Shown here in pieces: positions 41,184-51,335 of a DNA stretch of 64,000 nt (position 1 is its first letter; each line of letters begins with the position of its first letter). The notes under the pieces are model-generated. The model had not been told where the DNA came from. It saw only the letters and a list, made by a program, of their open reading frames with translations, and did no database searches. A program made the position numbers and the translations under genes. The stretch spans positions 167,216 through 231,215 of the forward strand of contig JARHYK010000002.1 of the NCBI GenBank assembly GCA_029258515.1. The letters run 5' to 3'. Origin of the DNA: Clostridia bacterium. Its GTDB lineage: Bacteria; Bacillota; Clostridia; TANB77; CAG-508.

Positions 41184-42110
41184 ATGGGTAAGTATCAAAA
41201 TTTTTATGCCATAGAAACTTTGAATGATGTTGAAAAAAGAAATAAAAAAAATAAAATATTAATAATATTTTTGTTGCTTGTTATTTTTAGTATTTTGTTA
41301 TTTTTAATAGTAAATGTAAATAGCAATATTAAAAAGTTAAAGCAAGCTAAGGAATATGAAAAACAAGTATTAGAGTTTAAGGAAAAATATGAAAAAGAAG
41401 AATTAAGAAAAAAACAAGAAGAAGAACAAAAAAAACAAGCTAGATTACCTAGAATAACAGAACAGGGAAAAGAAAATTTCAGAACGATTTTTCATTCTGA
41501 TAAAAAACGAGCATTTTTAACATTTGATGATGGACCATCTACTGTAACACATAAAATATTAGATACATTGGATGAAAAAGGAGTAAAAGCAACATTTTTC
41601 ATATTGGGAGTAAATGCTGAGAAAAACAAAGAATTAGTAAATCAAATGTATGAAAAAGGGCACTATATTGCAAATCATGGTTATTCACATGTGTATTCAT
41701 CAATATATTCAAGCCCACAAGCAGTTTTAGATGAGTATAATAAAACAAATGATATAATAAAAGAAGCTATTAAACAACCAGAATTTAATTCATATTTATT
41801 TAGATTTCCAGGTGGATTTTATGGTGGAAAATATGCAAATATTAAAAAAGAAGCAAATGAAATGTTAAAGCAAAATGATATTTCTAATATTGATTGGAAT
41901 TGTTTAACTGGTGATTCTGAAACAAGTAGTCCTACGCCAGAATATGTTATAAAAAGATTAAAAGAAACGTCTAAAGGAAAAAATAGTTTAGTAGTATTGA
42001 TGCATGATGCACAAGCTAAAAAAGTTACAGCAGAGATGCTACCACAAATTATAGATTATCTAAGTAGTGAAGGATATGAATTTAAGACATTTTATGATAT
42101 ATTTATATGA
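41184..42110 (+). CDS. polysaccharide deacetylase (NodB-homology) with an N-terminal TM anchor and coiled coil
   Basis: NodB motifs FLTFDDGP and ANHGYSH. Confidence 0.75.
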   Translation: MGKYQNFYAIETLNDVEKRNKKNKILIIFLLLVIFSILLFLIVNVNSNIKKLKQAKEYEKQVLEFKEKYEKEELRKKQEEEQKKQARLPRITEQGKENFRTIFHSDKKRAFLTFDDGPSTVTHKILDTLDEKGVKATFFILGVNAEKNKELVNQMYEKGHYIANHGYSHVYSSIYSSPQAVLDEYNKTNDIIKEAIKQPEFNSYLFRFPGGFYGGKYANIKKEANEMLKQNDISNIDWNCLTGDSETSSPTPEYVIKRLKETSKGKNSLVVLMHDAQAKKVTAEMLPQIIDYLSSEGYEFKTFYDIFI

Positions 42111-44467
42111 GTTATAAAATAAAATGTTTTGATTTTTGTAATTTATTTTCAATAAAGAAAGGAGCAATAAAATTGCCTAGAAAGAAGAAGACAAATTTTG
42201 AACCAGAGATAGAAGAAAACTTAAAATACATAGGATTAGATTTAGAAAAGTTACCTCAAAATATTATTGATTTTGAACCATTAAAATTTAGGCCTACAAA
42301 AACATATGACGAGAAAAAATATATACAATATAGATTTGTATCTATTCAGGATATTCAAATATTAATTTCACCAACAAATAGGTTAGAAGAATTAGAAGAA
42401 AAATATAAAAAAGCAAGACCGTTAGTAGATTATATGGATAACAAAAAAGAAGATAATTTGTTGAGATTTACAGTGTTTTTGAATATGATCAAACAAATGG
42501 ATATTGCTGAAATAGAAAAAGTAGAAGAAGAACAAAAAAAACTTGCTCAAAAACTTCCTTTTAATGTTAAATATGAAGGTAATTATTTATGGCAAATTTA
42601 TTATTCAGAGATAAGTGATAAATATTTTATGCTTGTTCCTATGGAAGAAACAAATTATTCAGCGTTTTTCTATTTATTAAAGAAGAAAATTGAAAATAAT
42701 AAAAATGATAAGATATTTGTACCTGTTTGTAATATTGGATATTCAAGAGAATTTTTTACAAAGACAGAATATAAAGATATAGAAGATTATTTATGGTTAT
42801 TTACTAAAAATTGGACATCTATTTATGAGGTGTATGATGAAAATAATAAACTTTCAGTTAATATAGTTGGAGAAACTGCAATTTATAATAATATAAAAAG
42901 TAAATATAAAATAAATATAAATAATCAAAAAGAAGCAAATCATTTTTATAAACTTTTAAAGGCATTATTTATTTTGCAAACAGAATTACCAAATTATTAT
43001 AAGTTTGATACAAATGTAGATGAGAAGGGTAATTTGCAATTTTATTTTAGAGATACACAAATTGAATATTCTAAAATGGCATCATTTATTAAAGAAGAAT
43101 TTTCTCAAGGAGAGATTTTAGAAATAGACATCTTAAAGAAAATAGAAAATGCTGATAAGAGATTAGAAGAATTAAAGCAAATAGCCTCTATGCAAGAAAT
43201 TGAATATAGAGATAAAGAAAAGCAAATATCAACTTTTTTAGAGTGTAAGAAAACATTTTTTGGGAAAGTTAAGTATTATTTTAAAATTAGTAAAAAAAAT
43301 AAAAAGAAGAAAAATCAAGAAGAGTTTGAAGAAAAAACAGTACAAGAGGATAGTTGTGAATTTTATAATGAAGAGAATGTACCTAAAGCTTTGAATTCAA
43401 AAAATCACACAATAGAAGAGCTAATAGAAAAATATAAAAATATTGATAATCAAGAGAATTTGTTAAAAAACATGGTTATGGATATAAATGCAATTAAATT
43501 AAAAAATAAAAATATGGCTAAAAAGATTGAAAATGCAACACTTTTTATAGAAGAAATTGATAATCATAAAAGAAGTATTTTTGAATTTTGGAAATATAGT
43601 AATAAAGATGCTATTAGTGTATTACCAGAAGGAGAAGAAGAAGAAATAGGAGTTGTTAAGAAAAAAATCGAAAAAGCTTTTGATTTTGAAGAAGATTTTG
43701 AAAAGTTTGGAATAAAATTAGATAATTTGCAAAGAGAAAAATTATCAATAGATGAAACAGATAGTATATATATTGCAACAACTAATATGTTAGATCTTTT
43801 GAATAAAATTCTTCTAAATGAAGTTGGACCTAAAGATGTTGAAAATGAATTAAAAAATTTAAAAAAAGAGTTGAAAGAAAAACAAGTGATTGAAACAGAT
43901 GAAGAATTTGATATCTTTGGAAGTTTAATTGAAGATAGTAGGAAGATAAAGAAAATAGGAAATAAGATACATAGAGAAATATCAAAAGACAAGTTTGATA
44001 TTCTTGAAATTACAAAAATGACTAGACAAATAGGGTTTAAGCTATCTTTGGAACAAGTTATTAAAAATATTAAAAATTCATTGGATAAGGTAAAATCTCC
44101 AGATGATTTAACTATCTATAAAGCAATTGTAGATGATAAGTTAGATGAAAATAAGATTAATGTTTTTGATATTAATTCTGAAAATGAAATGAAAAAAGCG
44201 TGCAAAAAAGAAGGAAATATGATTAATTTATATAAGATTAATTTAAAACGAGGTGAAAATATTTTAGGTTTTACAAATATAATTTATTATGATAATCAAA
44301 ATGATACTTTGCCTGCTGGAATGGATTTATCTACAAATGTTATAGTAGATATTTCAAAAATTGATTTGAATATTAAAAAGAAGAAAACTTTCCAAATTGC
44401 ATGTTTAGAAGATGAAAAAGATGAATTTTCTGATGTGATAGTTAAAAAAGTAACTGTTTATGAATAA
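42107..44467 (+). CDS. large hypothetical protein (786 aa, Lys/Glu-rich, coiled-coil-like), translationally coupled to the deacetylase
   Basis: ATGA start/stop overlap with the upstream gene. No signal peptide. No recognisable domain. Confidence 0.5.
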   Translation: MSYKIKCFDFCNLFSIKKGAIKLPRKKKTNFEPEIEENLKYIGLDLEKLPQNIIDFEPLKFRPTKTYDEKKYIQYRFVSIQDIQILISPTNRLEELEEKYKKARPLVDYMDNKKEDNLLRFTVFLNMIKQMDIAEIEKVEEEQKKLAQKLPFNVKYEGNYLWQIYYSEISDKYFMLVPMEETNYSAFFYLLKKKIENNKNDKIFVPVCNIGYSREFFTKTEYKDIEDYLWLFTKNWTSIYEVYDENNKLSVNIVGETAIYNNIKSKYKININNQKEANHFYKLLKALFILQTELPNYYKFDTNVDEKGNLQFYFRDTQIEYSKMASFIKEEFSQGEILEIDILKKIENADKRLEELKQIASMQEIEYRDKEKQISTFLECKKTFFGKVKYYFKISKKNKKKKNQEEFEEKTVQEDSCEFYNEENVPKALNSKNHTIEELIEKYKNIDNQENLLKNMVMDINAIKLKNKNMAKKIENATLFIEEIDNHKRSIFEFWKYSNKDAISVLPEGEEEEIGVVKKKIEKAFDFEEDFEKFGIKLDNLQREKLSIDETDSIYIATTNMLDLLNKILLNEVGPKDVENELKNLKKELKEKQVIETDEEFDIFGSLIEDSRKIKKIGNKIHREISKDKFDILEITKMTRQIGFKLSLEQVIKNIKNSLDKVKSPDDLTIYKAIVDDKLDENKINVFDINSENEMKKACKKEGNMINLYKINLKRGENILGFTNIIYYDNQNDTLPAGMDLSTNVIVDISKIDLNIKKKKTFQIACLEDEKDEFSDVIVKKVTVYE

Positions 44468-44984
44468 AAATATATTAATATCAAAAATAATACCAACTAA
44501 ATTTTAGTGTGGTATTATTTTTGATATTTCAATTGTACTTTATATAAATTTTAAAAAGCAGCTATTTGTAATAGCTGAAAAAAATTTTTGGTTTTTTGAT
44601 AAATGTAATCCTTGTGTTAAAATAAGATAAGGAATACCACAAGGAAGAATATGGCATAATTCTCTTGGAAGATAGTAATTCATGAGCTTTGGTCCAATTG
44701 CTAAAACTACAAGTTGTTCACAAATTGTGTCATCTTTGGTCTACAACAATTTTCATTTGCTGTTGCGAATGTTAAGAAAAGAAGTTCCTTTTTAAAATTT
44801 AGTTTCTAGTAATTCTTTTTACTTTAACATAATTGCTAGAAGTACATATTGCATTTATATTAAGTATAATATGATTTATATAATATACAAATTTTAGTAA
44901 TATAAATGTTATATAAGTCAGTAATTAGAAAAATATATTTTGATAAATTTAGTATAGTATATTATAATTATATATGTAATAAAA

Positions 44985-45012
44985 AATCCCTATGCAGTAG
45001 GGATTTTTATTG
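44985..45012. terminator. rho-independent terminator (serves ssrA on the minus strand)
   Basis: Hairpin AAAAATCCCTATGCAGTAGGGATTTTT. Confidence 0.6.
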
Positions 45013-45051
45013 TTTAAAATAAATTTAGTTTTTGTATAATAATATAATTTT

Positions 45052-45411
45052 TGGTGGAGATGAGGAGAGTCGAACTCCTGTCCATAACACATTCCATATA
45101 AATTTCTACAAGTTTAGTTTATTATTTATCCTTTTTTTTATATCTTCAACAAACAGAATATATAAAACGAAAGCTCTTTTAAATACCTACTATATTAAGA
45201 GCAAATATAGTTTTGTTTCCTACATAAATGACACTTTAGCCTAAAGCGTAGGGACTTATAGGTAAAGCGTAGCTACAACTTAGGCAGCTAGTGCAAATTC
45301 TCTATTATTATCTGCATTTATATTTAAATTTCCCGTTTTTTAAAGTGGCCAACGAGAATCCACTACTTGCTATTTATACTTCTTGTGTAATGTCGAAACC
45401 ATTACATCCCC
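45052..45411 (-). ncRNA. ssrA: tmRNA (SsrA)
   Basis: 5' GGGGATGTAATGGTTTCGAC pairs with the 3' tRNA-like end GGACAGGAGTTCGACTCTCCTCATCTCCACCA. An internal tag reading frame GCA GAT AAT AAT AGA GAA TTT GCA CTA GCT GCC TAA (ADNNREFALAA) lies at 45315..45280. Confidence 0.8.
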
Positions 45412-45539
45412 AAGTACAAATATATTATACAATATATTTAAAATGTGGTCAACAAAAAACATAAAATTACTTGTAAAATTAATGTTTATGGTGTAAAATA
45501 CAAATATATTGTAAATAATAAAATAGGAGGAAAATATAA

Positions 45540-46604
45540 ATGAGATTTGTAACAGATGATGAATCAAAAAAACAATATAAACAATTTTTAGAAGAAAATA
45601 AAAGATGTAATTTTCAACAATCATTAGAATGGGCAGAAGTTAAAAAACCTAATTGGATACCAGAAGTAATTTTAGCAGAAGATACAGATAAGAAAATAAT
45701 AGGTTCACTGTGTGTATGGATACGTAAAATACCAATTTTTGGAAATATAATGTATGCGCCAAGAGGTCCAGTTTGTGATGTACATGATGAAGAGGTTTTG
45801 AAACAATTAACAGATGGAGCAAAAGAATTAGCTAAAAAATATAATGCTATTGTTTTAAGAGTTGAACCAGATGTAGAAAGTGATGATGAAGAATTTCGAA
45901 AAATAGTAAGTAAATTAGGGTATCATATAAAAGATGATGCAAAAGATTTTATGGATGAAATTCAACCAAGATATGTATTTAGATTAGACATAAAAGATAA
46001 AACAGAGGAAGAAGTAATGGCAGGTTTTCACCAAAAATGGAGATATAATATAAGACTAGCAGGAAGAAAGGGTGTAGTTGTAAAAGAAGGAACAAGAGAA
46101 GATTTGAAAGATTTTCATAAAATAATGATGGAAACAGGTTCAAGAGATGGATTTATTATTCGTCCTCTAGAATATTTTGAAAAAATGTATGATAATTTAG
46201 CACCAAATCATATGAAGCTATTAATGGCATATTATGAGGATAAACCAATATCAGGCGTAATACCAATATTTTATGGTAATAAAACATGGTATTTATATGG
46301 AGCAAGTAGCAATGAACATAGAAATTTGATGCCAAACTATTTGTTACAATGGGAAATGATAAAAATGGCAATTGCAAGAAAAGATGATATATATGATTTT
46401 AGGGGAGTATCTGGAGTAGTTGATGAAACACATCCACAATATGGATTATATAGATTTAAAAAAGGATTTGGAGGAAAGTTTACAGAGTTTTTAGGAGAAA
46501 TATATATTCCATATAAGCCTTTAAAATATAAATTATATAAATTTTCAGAAAAGTTATTTAGAAATTTAAGACAATTAAAAATGAAACTAACAAATAAAAA
46601 ATAG
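45540..46604 (+). CDS. FemAB-family peptidoglycan aminoacyltransferase
   Basis: 354 aa with overall FemX/FemAB-family resemblance (two GNAT-like halves). Confidence 0.7.
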   Translation: MRFVTDDESKKQYKQFLEENKRCNFQQSLEWAEVKKPNWIPEVILAEDTDKKIIGSLCVWIRKIPIFGNIMYAPRGPVCDVHDEEVLKQLTDGAKELAKKYNAIVLRVEPDVESDDEEFRKIVSKLGYHIKDDAKDFMDEIQPRYVFRLDIKDKTEEEVMAGFHQKWRYNIRLAGRKGVVVKEGTREDLKDFHKIMMETGSRDGFIIRPLEYFEKMYDNLAPNHMKLLMAYYEDKPISGVIPIFYGNKTWYLYGASSNEHRNLMPNYLLQWEMIKMAIARKDDIYDFRGVSGVVDETHPQYGLYRFKKGFGGKFTEFLGEIYIPYKPLKYKLYKFSEKLFRNLRQLKMKLTNKK

Positions 46605-46616
46605 AAAGGTAAATAA

Positions 46617-47735
46617 ATGAGTAAACTTGTAATTGAAAAAAAAGATTTGCAACATAATATAAAAAAAATAAAAGAACATGCTAAAGTCAATGGAGAAAAT
46701 GATAGTGGAGAAGATGTAAAAATCATAGCAGTAATAAAAGCAAATGCGTATGGATTAGATATGAAGCAATATGTGCAATTTTTAATTGATAATGGTATAA
46801 GCTTTTTTGCGGTTTCAACAGTAGAAGAAGCAGTTAAATTTAGAAAATTAGGGTTCAAAGAAAAACTTTTAATGCTTTCTTCAACTTCAGTAAAAGAAGA
46901 TGTTGAAAAATTAGTAGAAAATAATGTTATATTATCAGTTGGATCAAAAGAAGCAATGACTATTGCAAGTGAGATAGCAAAAGCAAACAATAAGAAGTTA
47001 AAAGTACACTTAAAAATAGATACAGGTTTTGGTAGATATGGTTTTATGTATTATAACCGAGAAGAAATAGTAGAAAGTATTAAGAATAATGACAATTTAG
47101 AAATAGATGGTACATTTACGCATTTTTCAAATGCTTTTTATGATGATAAATATACTAAAATGCAATTTGATAGGTTTATTGATTGTATAGAAGTTTTAAA
47201 AATGAATGATATAAACCCAGGAATGTTACATGTATGTAATTCATCAGCTTTTATTAAGTTTCCAGAGATGCATTTAAATGCAGTTAGAGTAGGTTCAGCT
47301 TTTTTAGGAAGATTATCATTTCAAAATAATTTAGGATTGAAAAAGATAGCAAAATTAGAATCTAAAGTAGTAGAAGTAAAGGAAATAAAAAAAGGTGAGT
47401 ATATAGGATATTCAAATGGGTATAAAACAAAAAAGAAAATTAAAATTGCAGTTATACCTTGTGGATATATAGAAGGGTTTAATTTAAAAACTGGTAGAGA
47501 TTTATTTAGAACAGTTGATAAAATAAGAAATCTAGTAACAGAAATTAAAAATTTATTTAAAAAACAAAGAATCTATGTAGAAATAAAAGGAAAAAATTGT
47601 GAGGTTTTAGGAAGAATTGGAACTTATCATGTTATTGCAGATATTACAAATAAAGATATAGAGATTGGGGATAAAGTAGAACTTTCAATAAATCCAACAT
47701 TAGTAGATAGTATAGTAGAAAGAAAATATATTTAG
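46617..47735 (+). CDS. alr: alanine racemase
   Basis: PLP-binding motif VIKANAYG. Length and C-terminal beta domain are typical. Confidence 0.85.
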   Translation: MSKLVIEKKDLQHNIKKIKEHAKVNGENDSGEDVKIIAVIKANAYGLDMKQYVQFLIDNGISFFAVSTVEEAVKFRKLGFKEKLLMLSSTSVKEDVEKLVENNVILSVGSKEAMTIASEIAKANNKKLKVHLKIDTGFGRYGFMYYNREEIVESIKNNDNLEIDGTFTHFSNAFYDDKYTKMQFDRFIDCIEVLKMNDINPGMLHVCNSSAFIKFPEMHLNAVRVGSAFLGRLSFQNNLGLKKIAKLESKVVEVKEIKKGEYIGYSNGYKTKKKIKIAVIPCGYIEGFNLKTGRDLFRTVDKIRNLVTEIKNLFKKQRIYVEIKGKNCEVLGRIGTYHVIADITNKDIEIGDKVELSINPTLVDSIVERKYI

Positions 47736-47744
47736 AAAGGGCTG

Positions 47745-48812
47745 ATGAATGTGAAGGAAGAAAAGAAAAAAGATGAGAAAATATCATACAAAAAAGGTTT
47801 TTTTCAAAAAGCAAAATTATCAATATTTAATATTGAAAAATATCCAGAATTGGCAGTAGAAGGTGTACCTAGAGCTATTACGTATTTAGTAAAACTTGTT
47901 GCAATATTAGTATTAGTACTTTGTATTTCAATGATAGTTACAACAAGTAAAAATATAAAAGAAGGGGTAAACTATTTAGAAAAAGAATTTCCTAATTTTT
48001 CATACAAAGATGGAATATTAAATGTTGAAACAGATAAAGAAATAAAAACAGAAAATGATGATTATTTAGGAAAAGTAATTATTGATACTAAAACAGATAA
48101 TGAAGAAATCAAAAATCAGTATATAAATGAGATAACAGAACATGGATTTGGATTATTAATATTAAAAGACAAAATGATTTTAAAAAATACTGCAATTATG
48201 GGAACAACAACTTTTGAATTTAAAGAATTAATGGGTCAAATGGGAATAACAGAATTTGTTAAACAAGATTTAATCAATTATGCAAATAGTTCTTTGGTTT
48301 ATAGTATATATTTTAGTTTATTTATTGTAATATTTATTTATGGCTTTATGATTTCATTTATAACTACATTGTTAAATGTATTATTAATAAGCTTATTTGG
48401 GAATCTTGCAGGAATGATATCAAAAGTAAAGATGCGTTATGCAGCGATATTTAATATGTCAATATATGCAATTACTTTATCAACATTATTAAACATCATA
48501 TATATATTTGTAAATATCTTTACTGATTTTCAAATTCAATATTTTGATGTTATGTATATAGCAGTTGCAACAATATATTTGTTTGCTGCAATATTTATAA
48601 TTAAAGATGATTTAATAAAAAAACAAGTTGAATTGATGAAAATAGCAAAAGTACAAGATGAAGTTAGAAAAGAATTACAAGAAAAGAAAAATAATGAAGA
48701 AAAAAAAGACGAAAAAAAGGAAGAAGAAAAGAAAAGTTCAAAAGAAAATGAAAATGCTGAAGATGAAAAAGATAATAATATAGGTGAGCAACCAGAAGGT
48801 GGAAAAGCATAG
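47745..48812 (+). CDS. membrane protein (DUF1189-like) with an acidic Lys/Glu-rich tail
   Basis: Predicted TM helices in the N-terminal and central parts. Tail KKDEKKEEEKK. Confidence 0.45.
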   Translation: MNVKEEKKKDEKISYKKGFFQKAKLSIFNIEKYPELAVEGVPRAITYLVKLVAILVLVLCISMIVTTSKNIKEGVNYLEKEFPNFSYKDGILNVETDKEIKTENDDYLGKVIIDTKTDNEEIKNQYINEITEHGFGLLILKDKMILKNTAIMGTTTFEFKELMGQMGITEFVKQDLINYANSSLVYSIYFSLFIVIFIYGFMISFITTLLNVLLISLFGNLAGMISKVKMRYAAIFNMSIYAITLSTLLNIIYIFVNIFTDFQIQYFDVMYIAVATIYLFAAIFIIKDDLIKKQVELMKIAKVQDEVRKELQEKKNNEEKKDEKKEEEKKSSKENENAEDEKDNNIGEQPEGGKA

Positions 48813-48848
48813 GAAGGAGGCTACTGATTAGATAATCAGTAAAAATAG

Positions 48849-50639
48849 ATGAAGGATAATAAAAAAGATAATAAAAAATCTTTAATTGGAATAATAATTT
48901 TATTAATTATACTTTTATGTTCAATAATTGGAACAGCTATTATGTTAAAACAAAAAAATAATAGTGAGGAAAAGAAAGATTTAGCATATACAGAATTGAT
49001 TAAAGAAATAGCAGAAGGAAAAATTGAAAAGATAGAGATGACAGTAGGTAGTACATCTGTCAAAGTTAAAGAAAAAGATGTAGAAAAAGAAAAATCAGCA
49101 ATAGTACCTAATATTGAAGCTTTTATGGGATTAGTACAACAAAAAGTAGCAGAAGGAAATAATATAGAGTTAATACAAAAGCCAGTAAATCCATTACTTA
49201 AAATATCATCAGTATTATTTACACTTTTTCCAACACTTGTAATGATTGGATTGTTTGTTATGATATTTAAAATGCAAGGGTTAGGAGATAAAGGAAAAGT
49301 ATATGAAGAAACAGAAAGAAAGACAAAAGTAAGATTTGATGATGTTGCAGGATTAGATGAAGAAAAAGAAGAATTGATAGAAATAGTTGATTTTCTAAAA
49401 AGACCAGAAAAATTCACTAAAATGGGTGCTAAAATTCCCAAAGGAGTTTTGTTATATGGAAAACCAGGAACAGGAAAAACTTTAATTGCTAAAGCAATAG
49501 CTGGAGAAGCAAATGTTCCATTTATCTCAATAAGTGGTTCTGAATTTATAGAAATGTTTGCAGGATTAGGAGCGTCTAGAGTAAGAAAATTATTTGATAG
49601 AGCTAGAAAAGTAGCTCCTTGTATAGTTTTCATTGATGAAATTGATGCAATAGGTTCAAGAAGATCATCAAATAATGGAGCTGAAAGTGAAAATAACCAG
49701 ACATTAAATCAATTATTAGTTGAAATGGATGGTTTTAGCTCAGAAGAAACTATAATAGTATTGGCTGCGACAAATAGACCAGAAATGTTAGATAGTGCGT
49801 TATTAAGGCCAGGAAGATTTGATAGGCAAATAACTATTCCGGCACCAGATATAAAAGGAAGATTAGAAATATTAAAAATACATGCAAAAGATAAAAAAAT
49901 AGCAGATGATGTAAATTTAGAAAGTATTGCAGAGGATACAGCAGGATTTACAGGTGCAGAACTTGCAAATATTTTAAATGAAGGTGCAATTATTGCTACA
50001 ATAAATAAACATGATGAAATAGAAAATGGAGATATAGAAGAAGCGGTAAAGAAAGTAACTGTTGGATTAGAGAAAAAAGCAAGAGTTATTTCAGATAAAG
50101 ATAAAAAATTAACTGCTTATCATGAAGCAGGACATGCAGTAGTAAGTAGATATCTTCCAACACAAGCAAATATCAAAGAGGTTTCAATTATACCTAGAGG
50201 AGTAGCTGGTGGTTATACAATGTATAAATCAGATGAGGATAAATACTATATCTCAAAAACAGAAATGCAAGAAAAATTAATTGCTTTATTAGGTGGTAGA
50301 GCAGCAGAAAAATTAGTGTTAGATGATATATCGACAGGAGCTAGTAATGATATTGAAGTTGCAACTAAAATTGCAAGGGATATGGTTACTAAATATGGTA
50401 TGAGTGATGAATTAGGACCTATTGATTTTCAAGGTAAAGAGCCATATGAAATTCAACTATTTGGTGAAAATATTGGAGATAAAATTGGTCAAGAAGTTAA
50501 AAATATTATTGATATAGCATATATGGATGCACAAAGGTTATTAATGGAACATAGAGATAAATTAGATGCAATAGCTAATACTTTGCTAGAAAAAGAAAAG
50601 ATAAATGAAGTGGAATTCAATCAAATATTTGAAAGATAA
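48849..50639 (+). CDS. ftsH: ATP-dependent zinc metalloprotease FtsH
   Basis: AAA motif GKPGTGKTLIAKA, second region of homology, and the zinc-binding motif HEAGHAV. Confidence 0.9.
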   Translation: MKDNKKDNKKSLIGIIILLIILLCSIIGTAIMLKQKNNSEEKKDLAYTELIKEIAEGKIEKIEMTVGSTSVKVKEKDVEKEKSAIVPNIEAFMGLVQQKVAEGNNIELIQKPVNPLLKISSVLFTLFPTLVMIGLFVMIFKMQGLGDKGKVYEETERKTKVRFDDVAGLDEEKEELIEIVDFLKRPEKFTKMGAKIPKGVLLYGKPGTGKTLIAKAIAGEANVPFISISGSEFIEMFAGLGASRVRKLFDRARKVAPCIVFIDEIDAIGSRRSSNNGAESENNQTLNQLLVEMDGFSSEETIIVLAATNRPEMLDSALLRPGRFDRQITIPAPDIKGRLEILKIHAKDKKIADDVNLESIAEDTAGFTGAELANILNEGAIIATINKHDEIENGDIEEAVKKVTVGLEKKARVISDKDKKLTAYHEAGHAVVSRYLPTQANIKEVSIIPRGVAGGYTMYKSDEDKYYISKTEMQEKLIALLGGRAAEKLVLDDISTGASNDIEVATKIARDMVTKYGMSDELGPIDFQGKEPYEIQLFGENIGDKIGQEVKNIIDIAYMDAQRLLMEHRDKLDAIANTLLEKEKINEVEFNQIFER

Positions 50640-50687
50640 ATGTTAAAAGTCAAATAGTAAAATAAATAGTAGATAGGGGTATATATT

Positions 50688-51266
50688 ATGAATAAGGATA
50701 TAATGATTATAGTAGAAGGACCACAAGGAGTTGGAAAAACAACTGTAACAAATTATTTAAGAGAACATATTGCAGCTGCTGATTTATATAGATTATCTGG
50801 AATAAAAGATAGAACAGAAAGAGGAAAAGAGAAAATAAAATTAAAATATGATAAGTTATTGGATTATATGGAAAATTGTTCAGATATCAATATGATATTT
50901 GATAGGACATTTTTTTCAAATGAAGTATATTCAAGATTAGGATTTCAAAAATATGATTTTAAAGATGTTTATGATGATTTATTAAAAAGATTGGATAATA
51001 TAGAAAATGTAAAAAATTATGATATATATTTTATGGTATTATATTTAGAAGATGAAAAACTATATCATTCAAGAATAAAAAGAGGTAAACATCAATACCA
51101 AAAATTCGAAGCAGAAAGTAGTATAAATCAACAAAGAGAATATTTGAAAATGGCAGATGAAGTAGAACAAAATACTAAAAACATTAAAGTTATTAGATTT
51201 GCAAATGATACTGAAGAAATATTTGAGGAAAATATTAAAAAGTATTTTGGAAAGTATTTTAAATAA
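50688..51266 (+). CDS. P-loop NTPase / nucleoside-kinase-like hypothetical
   Basis: Walker A motif GPQGVGKTT at the N-terminus. 192 aa. Confidence 0.5.
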   Translation: MNKDIMIIVEGPQGVGKTTVTNYLREHIAAADLYRLSGIKDRTERGKEKIKLKYDKLLDYMENCSDINMIFDRTFFSNEVYSRLGFQKYDFKDVYDDLLKRLDNIENVKNYDIYFMVLYLEDEKLYHSRIKRGKHQYQKFEAESSINQQREYLKMADEVEQNTKNIKVIRFANDTEEIFEENIKKYFGKYFK

Positions 51267-51272
51267 AATAAA

Positions 51273-51306
51273 AAAAGACTTAATTACTAAAAAATTAGGT
51301 CTTTTT
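51273..51306. terminator. bidirectional terminator
   Basis: Hairpin AGACTTAATT...AATTAGGTCT with flanking A- and T-runs. Confidence 0.5.
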
Positions 51307-51335
51307 ATTTTTAATTTATTAGGCACTTTTATTTT

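Noticed and set aside
45032-45624. ORFs 45032..45244(+) and 45370..45624(-)
   Set aside because: Both lie inside or over the tmRNA gene. They have no RBS and Phe/Ile/Leu-rich nonsense translations.
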